Shown here piece after piece: positions 26,590-38,530 of a DNA stretch of 64,000 bases. Positions within the stretch are counted from its first letter, which is position 1. The number at the start of each line of letters is the position of its first letter. The stretch spans positions 50,344,001 to 50,408,000 of the forward strand of contig NC_043000.1 of the NCBI RefSeq assembly GCF_006345805.1. Direction: 5' to 3'. The stretch comes from Octopus sinensis (lineage: Eukaryota). A program made the position numbers and the translations under genes. Below the pieces are notes generated by a model. The model was not told the DNA's origin and did not search any database. It saw only the letters and a list, made by a program, of their open reading frames with translations.

Positions 26590-27232
26590 GTTAGAAAAAT
26601 TCTACCGCTCTCTCTGAATAGAGTTTTAATCTTAAATCATAGGTTGTAATTTATAACTTTGACTGGTCTATCTTTCAAATTCTGCAAAACTGATCCAAAG
26701 TGATAGTGATTGGAAAGATTGCCTTCTTTGTACAAGAGAAATATTAGAGATATTGAAAGCTGGCCATATCTTGTTAATAAACAAAAATGATGAAATAGCT
26801 ATTCACTGCAGACTTCAATTCTTTACAAGTTATTCTACACAGAACAAGCACAGAGTTAAACTTAAAAGAAAATCTCATTATATAATAATAATAATAATAA
26901 TAGGTGCTGCCTTCCAGCTTGCCAGCTCTGGTCAAACTGTCCAAACGATGCTAGCATGGATAACAGACATTAAATAATGATGATGATGAATAATTAGAAA
27001 TAAAAATTGTAACAAAATAAAATTTCATCTGTCAACATAGGACAAACACATATATATATTTTACTTTATTTTGGCCTATTTATTATTTTTTTTTTGCATT
27101 ACCATCGATTTAGTGTGTGGTTTCTTTTAAAGTATTTTGATTTTTTTAAAATTCAGTTTATAGTATTGGTTTTTAATTATTATTTTCTTTTATCTTTCTT
27201 TTTTTACCTTTTGCTTGATCTAATTTAAACTT
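26590..27232 (+). mobile_element. Penelope-like endonuclease C-terminus plus 3' UTR, unit 2
   Basis: KNSTALSE*...YNFDWSI...DCLLCTREILEIL...LINKNDEIAIHCR matches the NST-LS..W-I..C-LC-E..LN---E----CR pattern of PLE endonucleases. A SINE-B tail fragment is inserted at about 26901-26990. Confidence 0.75.
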
Positions 27233-27682
27233 ATTTTAATTATATATATATATTATCTTCATAATTTTATGCATGCATGTATCTGTTTTAAGTGCTCATT
27301 TTTATATGTTTTTACATATATATGTCCAATTTCATGTCTCATGCTACAAAGTACAAAAACATTTGGTTGGTGTAACCATTAGTAACAAACAAATGCTAGT
27401 ATTTACTCAAGCTCTATGCATTTGACATTCATATTCTACCCAAATCAACATTGCCTTTTGTGAAATAAATTAGCGGTCAGAATGGGAGCTGATTCCTCTC
27501 TCTCACAAAAGCAGCTGATCACTATTTGGCTTTTGCTTTACAAATAACCAGTCTTGTGCCAAGGTTAAAGTTTTGTGTTGGGATCCCTTGTTCAGGAAAC
27601 TGATAGCAAGAATTTGTTGATTACCGATGTCTTTAACTATCGACATGTATTATTCTTTTATAACTTCCATTGTTTTGGCTTT

Positions 27683-27729
<47 letters not shown>

Positions 27730-27832
27730 CATCCTTCTGGTCATTCCCTCATATTAAACTGTTAATCCCTACATTTTTTTGTTTTCTTTCTCCATGTTTT
27801 TTTTGTTCTCTCTCACTATTTTCCCTCTCATC

Positions 27833-27870
27833 CCTTTCTGCTGGAGAGCATAAGCTTGAAATGTCAAAAC
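27833..27870 (+). ncRNA. Highly decayed minimal hammerhead-like motif (PLE-associated repeat)
   Basis: ccttt-ctgctgg-a-gagc-ataa-gctt-gaaat-gtc-aaaac parallels the motif at 53062-53099, including the T/C-rich upstream tract. Confidence 0.4.
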
Positions 27871-27958
27871 CTTTTTCCTTCCCAAAAGTCAAACTAATAG
27901 ACCTGCTTGTTCTTCCCTCATCTGTCTATCTTTTTGCTTTCCATAAATTTGAACTATC

Positions 27959-28115
27959 TGTGTGGTAAGTAGCTTGCTAACCAACCACATGGTTCTGGGT
28001 TCAGTCCCACTGCGTGGCATCTTGGGCAAGTGTCTTCTGCTATAGCCCTGGGCCGACCAATGCCTTGTGAGTGGATTTGGTAGACGGAAACTGAAAGAAG
28101 CCTGTCGTATATATG

Positions 28116-28150
<35 letters not shown>

Positions 28151-28360
28151 GTCTGTGTTTGTCCCCCTAGCATTGCTTGACAACCGATGCTGGTGTGTTT
28201 ACATCCCCGTCACTTAGCAGTTCGGCAAAAGAGACCGAAAGAATAAGTACTGGGCTTACAAAGAATAAGTCCCGGGGTCGATTTGCTCGACTAAAGGCGG
28301 TGCTCCAGCATGGCCGCAGTCAAATGACTGAAACAAGTAAAAGAGTAAAAAGAGTAAAGA
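27959..28360 (+). mobile_element. SINE family A, young (CpG-rich)
   Basis: tgtggtaagtagcttgctaaccaaccacatggttctgggttcagtcccactgcgtggc, internal (TA)n(TG)n, ...aatgactgaaacaagtaaaagagtaaaagag. Confidence 0.9.
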
Positions 28361-29740
28361 GTATATATATATATGTGTGTGTGTGTGTATATATTGTTGT
28401 ATTTAGGAATGGTCATTTTGCCAGTTTAGCCAATAAATATAGCGAACAAATATATATATATATAGTAATATGTATATATCTTGTGTGTGTTTTTCTTTCC
28501 TATATCCCTCTGTTTGAGAACCAGTGTTGGTTTGTTTTCATGCCTGCAGTGTAGTTTTGCAAAAGACACTGATAGAACAAGTACCAGATTAAAATTAAAA
28601 AAGTGACTAGAGTTGATTTGATTAAACTAAACCCACTGACTTAAAAAGAAAAAGAATACTACACGATGTTGAAGTTTTTAGTAGGGCTTCTCAAACTTAT
28701 ATAACCAGGCCTTGACAATAAATATTAATTAAGTTTCTGCCATTCCTCTACTGTTATTGTGAAGTCGATGTAGAGTTTATATTCATGTAATTCTTCTTCA
28801 GTCACCATAGTTTTGGACAAACTTAAAAAGTTTAGTTATCTCAGTTATTCGTATTTTCTCTGCTTCCCTTTCCAGTTTCACAGCCTCCTACCTTTGAGAA
28901 ACAGATTACATTTGTGTATGTGTGTGTGTGTGTGCAGTTACTGAATTTTATATATGATCAAACCCACACATGTGAATCTTTGTATGTATTTTAAGCCATT
29001 ATTTAAACATGGAATTTGATATGTAATTTATCTTCCTTTCAAAAATTTATGAAATCTAAACATAATTATATAATACTGATATAGATGGTTTTAACTAAGA
29101 ACAGAAAATAAACAATCTTAAAGCAGTTGAATTACTCAGGGTGTGTATTTTAAAACTAGGCATTACATGCATGGAAATCATTTATGTGAAAGAATATAAA
29201 AGAACATGTAAGTTATGAAAAAATTCCATGTGTATATTGATTATCATTTCAATAAAATTAAATTCAGTTTCCACTTGATAAGACATTATATGTTTAATAA
29301 GAAGATGTTCAGTTAATAAATGGCTATTTATTAACTTATTTATTTAGTTTCAGTTTCTTATTTTTGTAACCACCCCCACAAAAAAAAAAAAATTAACTTG
29401 CTATTATTAACATGCCATGATTATTTAGACATGCTAAATTAATTTTGGAACAAATTTACTATTATTTGGTATAAAGCTAATTTTGTTTCTTCATACTTGA
29501 AATTTTTGAGGTTATTACATTAAATGTACTTGTGTCAAAAGCAATTTAGACTTATTCAATGTATTTTGAGAACCTGATTTTCATAGGGGTGAAAGATATA
29601 TGTATGTGTGCATATATATATGTGTGTGTGCATATATATAAGTTTAGTAAAATTTAGATTCAGATGAATATGGTACTTAAGTTAAAGACACCAGAATTCA
29701 GCATGGTATTATCCATATAATTCAAAATGGGGTGATTATA

Positions 29741-30140
29741 ATCAAAATAAGCAACAAGGATATTCAGAGGTAATGCAGTACGATCGTTTCATGTGACTCC
29801 ATTTAATTGAACAATGAAAATATTACATCAATTTAAAATGTAGAGCAATCTTCAGCTGCATAAAAATATAGAATTTAGTTAAATTTGAAGGATTCATTTG
29901 TATAATTTTCATTTTATCCAAAATCACCAAGTAGATAGACAAAGAACATGTTTTATCAACAACATCACAGTTGTAACTGTGGATAAAATTCTTCGAATTT
30001 AACTAAGTTCTATATTTTTATGCAGCTGAAGATTGCTCTACATTTTAAATTGATGTAATGTTTGCATTGTTCAATTAAATGGAGTCGCATGAAACGATCG
30101 TACTGCATTACCTCTGGATATCCATGTTGCTTACTTTGAT
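29741..30140. repeat. Long inverted repeat: 150-bp arms, 100-bp spacer
   Basis: 29741-29890 vs reverse complement of 29991-30140: 142/150 identical, no indels. Confidence 0.95.
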
Positions 30141-30994
30141 ATATATATATATATATACTTAATGTAAATATAGGTTTTGTTTTGATTGCTGATCCCATCA
30201 TTTTGCTTCAGTAAATTTAGTTACGAGAGTGCATACCAATTTAAGGCTTACTACAAACAATTGGATTTCAATGCTTAGGAAACAAATTGCAAAGCTGTGT
30301 CGTAAGAAGTTTGCTTTCCAGCCATGCAGTTTCAGATTCATTGCCAGTGCCACTGGACTGGCTCCTGTGCAGGTGGCACGTAAAAAACACCATTTGAGCG
30401 TGGCCATTGCCAGTAGTGCCTGACTAGCCTAGAAATATATATATATTTCTATATCTACTATAATAATAGTCTTGTGTTTATGAATGAGAAAGGAAGGGGT
30501 GATGTCATACTTTGTATTGGGATAATGAAAATTGTACGCTGAAAAAATAAATCAAACAGCATTTCAACTCTCTGTGAATATATGTGTGCGTATGTAAAAG
30601 GTGGGGTATGTGAATTTGTTTGTGTGTTTGTGCGTGCATGCACAATGGAAGTGGGATTGATCATTTTTGTTTGCTTAGTATTTGGGTTTATTTTTTTGTT
30701 TGGGTGAATCTTGGTTGTTTTTTGTTGTTGTTGGTCAGTTATTTTTAGCGTTTTGACAGAGAAAAGTCATTTTAAAATTGTTTTTTAATGTAAGCATGCT
30801 CAAACAAGTTGAATGCTTACACAGAGCAGGTTTTACAGCCACATCATCCAAACTGACTGGGTGAAACCAGGCTTAGCTCCTAGTATATATATATATCTGT
30901 ACATACATACATATATGTATGTATATATGCATATATATATATATATATATATATATTAAATTAGAGATAAAACCATTATTAGGCAAATCATATA

Positions 30995-31032
<38 letters not shown>

Positions 31033-32249
31033 CCAGTTGCCAGGAATGAGTTTAATATTTAAATTGGTCTATCCAATAGCACTACACTGCTAAACTTAAT
31101 GGCTATTTAAGCAATGTATTTGGGGAAAGTTAATGGATCGAATGTGGTTCTGAAGTAGGAGCATAAATGTACGCCCATTACCTATTTTTCTATCTTTGGT
31201 AATATTGTTTACATAGACATATTTGTGTATTAAACATTGTAACTTTCAGTGCTGGCTCTAAATTCTATAAAAAATCTGTTGATATACACTTAAAATATAT
31301 GCAGGTTTTTCAGAATTAAATTTGTTTTTCATTATAATTATTGAAGGTTTTCCTTTTGTGTTCAGTATGCAGAATATTTAAAACTGCTACCTTACCAAAA
31401 TATTTTCCTGTATAAGTTTTGTCTGTGACAGGGTGTTGGTTGGGCTGAATCATTAGTGTTTTGGGCAAAATGTTTGCAGGATTTAGTTGCAACACTAGAT
31501 TCCAAATTAAAATTCCACCAAAATAAACTTACCTTTCATCTCTCAGAGCTCATAAGATTAAGTATTAGTGAAGTATTTTAATTGGTTTAATTGACTTTCT
31601 CAACTGTCCTTTCCCCTTCAATGTGTGTATAGCCTTGTGCTTATCTTAGAAATCAATATTTACCCCTAATTCCTTTGCTCTTTTACCAAAATTGTCCATA
31701 TTTCTATATGAAAACTTCAGGAATGGCATTTAAGTTTACAATTTAGACTTGTTTTGATGATATTGTATGCTTATTGATTACTTCTTGTACTACTACAATA
31801 CAAAAATGCATAAATTAATTAATAAAATAAACATTATGTGCATTGATGGTGAAACAAACCCTCTTGTTTGGGAACTAATAAAGATGCAGTAAAAAAATTT
31901 CCTTGTCTTTCTATTCAGTTCACCAATAACTCCCTCCATGGATTTTAAGAGCATCAAATAACATCAGAACAATTTGTACAACATTATAAATTTCCCAAGG
32001 GTGGTTACATTGAGATGAGTTTGCATATATCAGGTCACCATAGCTAAAGCTAAGTGAATGCACCAAAGATAATAGTTCTGGCTACTGAAAGCATTAGTCA
32101 GCTGATGTTTTCTCGGGAAAATATCATTTGAAATTAATATTTGTCTAGTTTACTCTGTCTATTTTCCTCTTTCATCAACTATCTAATTCATTGTATACAC
32201 ACACTCTCTCTCTTTTTCTCCTTCTCTCTCTCACTATAAAGACACCTTC

Positions 32250-32281
<32 letters not shown>

Positions 32282-32734
32282 GTGCATACCCTCAAACATA
32301 TATATAATAGAGAATAATCTTATTAAGTGAATACCGTCTATAAATTTTTTTGTTTATATATATTTTTAAAACTGCTTACCTTTATATAGATCCTTGACAC
32401 ATACACACACACATGCACACACACACAACACATACACACACACATACTTGGGGCAATATATTAATTTCTTTGAAATGTTAATGGTTATGGCTTTAGACCT
32501 TTATTTGTATTGAATATGAAATGAGTTCATATCTTCTGCAGAAATATATATTTTGGAGGCATTTTGTAAACTAGGAAATAGCAGAGAATCATGACTAAAT
32601 ATTATGTCCAAAATAGCTTTGGATAATTGTAGTATATGATAAGATATATCTAGAGAAGAGGGAGTAAGTTATTTTTCTAAGTTTAGATTATATTGTTTGT
32701 ATTACATTTGGTATTATGTAATACTAAAAGTTAA

Positions 32735-33156
32735 GGTAGGAGTGGCAGTGTGGTAAGTAGCTTGCTTACCAACCACATGGTTTCGGGTTCAGTCCCACTG
32801 CGTGGCACCTTGGGCAAGTGTCTTCTACTATAGCCTCGGGCCGACCAAAGCCTTGTGAGTGGATTTGGTAGACGGAAACTGAAAGAAGCCCATTGCATAT
32901 ATGTATATATATATATAAAATATTATTTGTATATATATATATATATGTGTGTATGTGTGTGTATATGTTTATATGTCTGTGTTTGTCCCCCCGCAACATC
33001 GCTTGACAACTGATGCTGGTGTGCTTACGTCCCTATTACTTAGCGGTTCAGCAAAAGAGTATAATAAATATTAGGCTTACAAAGAATAAGTTCTGGGGTC
33101 GATTTGCTTGTCTAAAGGTGGTGCTCCAGTCAAATGATTGAAACAAGTAAAAGAGT
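32735..33156 (+). mobile_element. SINE family A, near full length
   Basis: ggtaggagtggcagtgtggtaagtagcttgc head through gaaacaagtaaaagag tail. Confidence 0.9.
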
Positions 33157-33950
33157 ATTCACTAGGAATATGTTACTGACTTGTTCATTTATATGAGCCA
33201 AGAAAATATTTAATAAAGTATAGTAACTGATGACATCTGTGCAACTTCTGGTACAAATATTACACTGTCATTGTCATTAACTGTTGTCATTGTCATCATC
33301 ATCACTATCATCGCTGTTGACTTTCTGTTTTTCATCATTGCATGTGTAGGATTGGTTGCCATGGTCGGAGTCTGCACATATTCAAAAAGTATTGCCCCAC
33401 TAGATAAGCTGGAAAACTTTATTTTGTTTGCATTCTATTTTTGACTTCGTTTCTTTCGGCTGGATGACCTTCCTAACACCAACCACTTCACATTATATAT
33501 TGTGTTTTTTTTTTCTCATAGCATCAGCATTAAAGAGTTGTTCTGTCCTTGATAGAAATAAAGGGTCACACACAACCTCATATATTATTAAAGTGTATGG
33601 GTACATTTTTTATGACATGAGCACGAAAAATTAGAAGCCTCACAGCTTCATGTTTTTGGTCAGTCACCAGCCTTTTTACTGTGTGAGGAGTATGTGTGAT
33701 AGATGTATGAATGAATGATAGTGATAAAAGGAATGTGTAATAGGTGGAGTAGTGACAGGCATATTCATTATTCTGAAATAGTTTTGTATATTCAATGCAA
33801 CATGATTAAGATAGCAGAAAGATGAAAGATGATAGATGCCATGTGATCCAGAAAATGGACAGAGATTCAGGATACGTGGAAGAAAAGGAATAAGAGTTTG
33901 TACTGGAAGGTGAAGGTAGAGTATTATGTATGTTTGTGTGTGTGTGTGTG

Positions 33951-34459
33951 TTGGGTCATCCCATAAATAATGCAGTTTTTTATACCTCTTTTTATTTTTC
34001 AACATTAAGACAATACTTTTTTAATCTAAAATATACTCTCCTTCATTTTCTACAATGTTCTTCCATCTATCAGGTATACCTGCAAGACTCCTCTTCTAAA
34101 ATTAACTTGTCCATGATGAAAAATACTCCTCCACTACTGTTCTGACTTCATCTACAGAATTCATATTTTTCCATCCAAATTATTTTGAAAACTGCGGAAT
34201 AAGTGATAATGAGAAGGAGCAATGTCTGGTGAATATGGTGGGTGGGGCATTGTTTCCCATTCAAACTGCTCCAGCCTTTGGAATATCATTCTTGAAACCA
34301 AAGATGGTCATTTTTCTTCTAGCACTCACTTGAATGACCAAATCCAAGCTTCTGTGTTAGTTCCTCAACAGTTACAATGGGATTTTGTTCCACCAGGGTT
34401 TGCTGGATGTATTCATCAAGCTCTACAGATCTTCCAGGATGAGGCTCATCTTCTAGTCT
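33951..34459 (-). mobile_element. Internally deleted mariner element (3' TIR retained)
   Basis: Minus-strand translation RLEDEPHPGRSVELD...TVEELTQKL, then EQFEWETMPHPPYSPDIAPSHYHLFRSFQN...RWKNIVENEGEYILD*; TIR ttgggtcatcccataaataatgcagttttt at 33951. Confidence 0.9.
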
Positions 34460-35222
34460 ATGTATGTGAATATGTATATATATACCCACCCATACATACA
34501 TGTGTGCATGTATAGAGTTTTGCATTAGAATGGTTCATAATTACATTTATTTCTTTACATCCTGTTGTTATTCTAGCCCTATCCTATTTATATACACCTA
34601 CCTATATCTGCACACACCTTCCAACACACAAAGATGTACACATGTATGTATATTGCTTGGGTAGTGGTTGTAGCATTAGATTTCGATATTAATTCAATTC
34701 AGAAGGCCACCATGATGATCTTTGACATGCTGATAGAGTATAGATGACTGTTTCCATCATTATTATACTCCTGCCAATACTCATTTAATCTTTCGGCTAA
34801 ACTTGTAGAAGTCTCCTCAATGTATACTGTATTTTGCTTCTTATAATCATCTTTGATGCATTTTATGTGGTAGACTACATCCCTGGTCTTACAGTTAATA
34901 CTCAGGTTAAAAGTATATATAATGCATCTTCTATCACTATATGTGCACTTGTTATAGGGGCATCTCTCACAAAACTGTGAGCTGATGGATCTCCTTTATA
35001 GATGTGTGTGTGTGTGCATGTGTGTGTGTGCGTGTGTGTGTGCATGCGTGTGTGTGTGTGTATGCGTGCGTGTGTGTGTGTGTGTATATATATATACTGT
35101 AAATTTAGGGTGAATACTTGATAAGTGTAAGCACCTGTATATGCCAGCTAGTGGCAGAGGTGAGAGGGTATATATCAAATAAAATCAAAAACAGAACACA
35201 AAGGATGTTGCAGTACATGTGT

Positions 35223-35282
<60 letters not shown>

Positions 35283-37489
35283 ATGTGTGTGTGTGTATAC
35301 ATATATAAATATATATACAATTAACATCAAATCAGCTTATGTATGCATACTAATGAATTTAAATATTTCTTGCTATTTAGTTCATTGTCGTAATGGTAAT
35401 TCTGCTGTATTGTAACCATTGTCTTATATCACATCAATTTAAATTGCTTGAAGATAAATCCTTCTGGGGGAAGGATTTATCACCAAGCAAACATAAACAC
35501 TGCCAAATACTCTTAGTAGAGCTTGACACTGAAGTGCATTGTGTGAGAATGCGTATGTATATCTGTGTGTCACTGTATGTTTGTGTAAGTATGCAAATGT
35601 GTGATTGTATGATGGCTATTGTTTTATTTAAAAGAATGGGGAACACACCATTTGTTGAGTTTTATATGATGCATGTAAATGGGTGATTATTTAAATGAGA
35701 AAATGTGTTTGCTTAATGATATTTCTTGTCAAAATGTGAATGATTTTCATCTGAAAACTATACTTCATAACTAGTACAAGAATCAGTATATTATATTTAA
35801 CTTTCATTCCATTCAGCTTGCATCTGTATTTGCTACATTAAATTGAAGTAGATATATATTGCTGAGTTGTTAGTATGTATTCTGTCATTCTGTCTCCAGA
35901 GGAATGAATAAGAAAAGTTTGAAATGGATTGTGCTGAAGTTTAATCTAAATGATATTGGCAGTATATTGCTCTACGTGACAGAGTTTACAAAAAGAGTGT
36001 TATTGATGGTAAAATCCAGTAACTACCTAAATCATTGTGTATTAACTATAAAGTCAACAGACATCTACAGAGAAGTATTTCAAATTAATTAAAATAAGAA
36101 TTCATGTGTTTACTATTCACATTTGTGTTACGAAGTATATATAATTATCTGTTTCCAATAATATGAGTTTGAAGAATATCGTTTTTGATGCTGATAAACT
36201 TTCAACGTACAAAGTCCAGAAATTCATAATGAGTTCGTATAAGAGTTTACCAATGTGCCTATTTAGTAGAAGCAGGCTAGCATTATTCTTTGGATATCGA
36301 TAGCTGTCATGTGGGTAAATAGCAATTGGCAAGAAAAATAACAACTCTACTTCATTTCTCTATTCCTTATCATACATTTTTCTTTACCTTTCTTTCTCCC
36401 CTTATAACTTTTTCTTTCTATGAAACTCTTATATGGAAAAGAAATGATTCAGAAACATCAATGGTAATAGTTTCCTTTCTCATTGGACATTATGCTCTGT
36501 AGATGTGTTGAATACTGGAAAGAAAGAAAGAAAAAGACATCAAGTGATGCTAAAGAAGTAAGAGAAAGGTGTCCTCCAAAAAAATACCTACTAAAGAAAT
36601 GATGACTTAATAGTTATTTTGATTGCTTTGATGCAGTCAGAGACATTTATATTTTTTTATTCAAATTTTTATACAACACTAGATATCCAGAATTAATCAC
36701 TGGCTGATATAGGCTTGATAATAGGTGTATGAATATTAAATTGGACCTGCATCTTCATGCTTTTATTGACAAGGCTAAACATATATTCTTATATAGAATT
36801 ATTTAATTTATTTTTTATCTTAGTTACAAGGTCACACATTTTGAGAGAGGAAGCAGTTGATGACTTTCATTACTTGAATGGTACTTGTTTTGTTAACCTT
36901 TTGAAAGTGGAATGGTAAAATTATTTGAACTCAGAGCATAAAGAGTAAACTGCCATATCATGTAAAGTATTTTGTCTGATGATCTTCCAAATTGCCTAGT
37001 TATTATTTTAATTATTTTCTCATAACTTATTGTCAGTATGACCCATCAGTTATGTATAGATGTATAAAAATTCTTAGAACTAGAATTGTCATAGTTCAGG
37101 TTTGTTCTGAAACTGAACGAGAACCAACTAGCTAAGAATCCCGATGCTTAATTCTTCAGCTATTAGACTCCAGTGACCTCTTTAGAAATTTAACACAAAG
37201 ATTACTTTAGAGCAAGATTAAAATTGTTACTACTACTATTGCCAGCAGCTGCTACCATGTGGATTTTGTAAGAAAGACCTGTGAGATTTTGAAACAGCTA
37301 TTATTTAATTAAATTTAGTTAATTTTCCATTTTTTTATAGCATGACTATATTTGTTTAAAAAAACAAATGAAACTGGTATTCTAATTTGATGAAAATGTA
37401 AATATTTTCTTTCTTCCATCCATGATGAAGTTCTCAAAGCATTTCCTTTTTGTTTTTAATATATACTGACATCAAACTTTAAATGTTTA

Positions 37490-37625
37490 AGGTTAAAACT
37501 CTACAATGAATTGCCATGACGCATTCATTGTAGAATTGCTTCATGGCGATTGTCACTAATCCTTACTTGTTTCCAAGCCAGGTAATATTTCCCTTAGTCT
37601 TAGTCTCAGAAACATGGCAGCACAA
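37490..37625 (-). mobile_element. Degenerate fragment of RTE-tailed composite SINE
   Basis: ttgtcactaatccttacttgtttccaagccaggtaatattttcc-like sequence is shared with 45890-45960. Confidence 0.55.
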
Positions 37626-37930
37626 TAGCTGAATATATTTTCCTGAAAGATTACAAACAAATAACAATACTTGTATGATGGTGCAATGTTTGCATGTATA
37701 GATTCCTCTCACTGCGATATTTCAATTCAGTTTTATTATGCTAAATGCTTTCTATAACTGACCAAGATGTGGTTTAAGGACAAATTTGGGCCTTATTCTC
37801 ATTCAAATTTGAGCACTTTTGGTTCCATAATTTTTCTTCCTTTTTTTCTTTTTCAACAGCATCAATTTTGATGCAGCTTAAAGAATTAGGAATATCTTTT
37901 ATCTAAGTGTAATTCAATAAGAAATAACTA

Positions 37931-38530
37931 TCAGATTGAGTAAAAAGTAAGCAACGTTTTGGACTGAAAAAATTGAACTGGATTTTTGCAGTGTTTTGAA
38001 TTTTTTAAACATTTTTTTGCAATTGTCTGATAATACAGTCGTAGACTTGTCCAAATGCATCAATAAATTAACATTGATATGTTTTTCACCCCTGTTACAA
38101 TCATCTGAAATGGAATTGTCAAAGTGCAATATTCGAGCAATTTTGCTATTCAACATCAAACAAAGACATAAGGTAGCTGAAACTGCTCACGATATCAACG
38201 AAACATTTGGTGAGGAAATGACCAGTGAGTGGGTCAGCTCAAAAATGGTTTAAACAATTTTGCAGTGGAGACCTGATCCTTGAAGATCATGAGCATAGTG
38301 GACATCCATCTGTTATCAATGACGGTCAATTAAAGACTGTCATTGAGAAAGATCCATGTAAAACCACTCGAGAACTGGTGAATGAACTTCAAGTTAGCCA
38401 AAAAAACTGCCTGCAACCATTTGAATGCGATCAGAAAATCAAAAAAGCTTGACAAATAAATGGGTACCACATGATTTGAATGAAAATCAGAAAATGTGCA
38501 GATACAAAATTTGCTTGTCACTCCTCTCCA
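37931..38530 (+). mobile_element. 3'-truncated mariner element (5' TIR and transposase HTH region)
   Basis: TA then the TIR-like tcagattgagtaaaaagtaagcaacgtttt; MELSKCNIRAILLF..AETAHDINETFG, AQKWFKQFCSGDLILEDHEHSGHP..TTREL, and WVPHDL at 38461; frameshifted. Confidence 0.9.
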
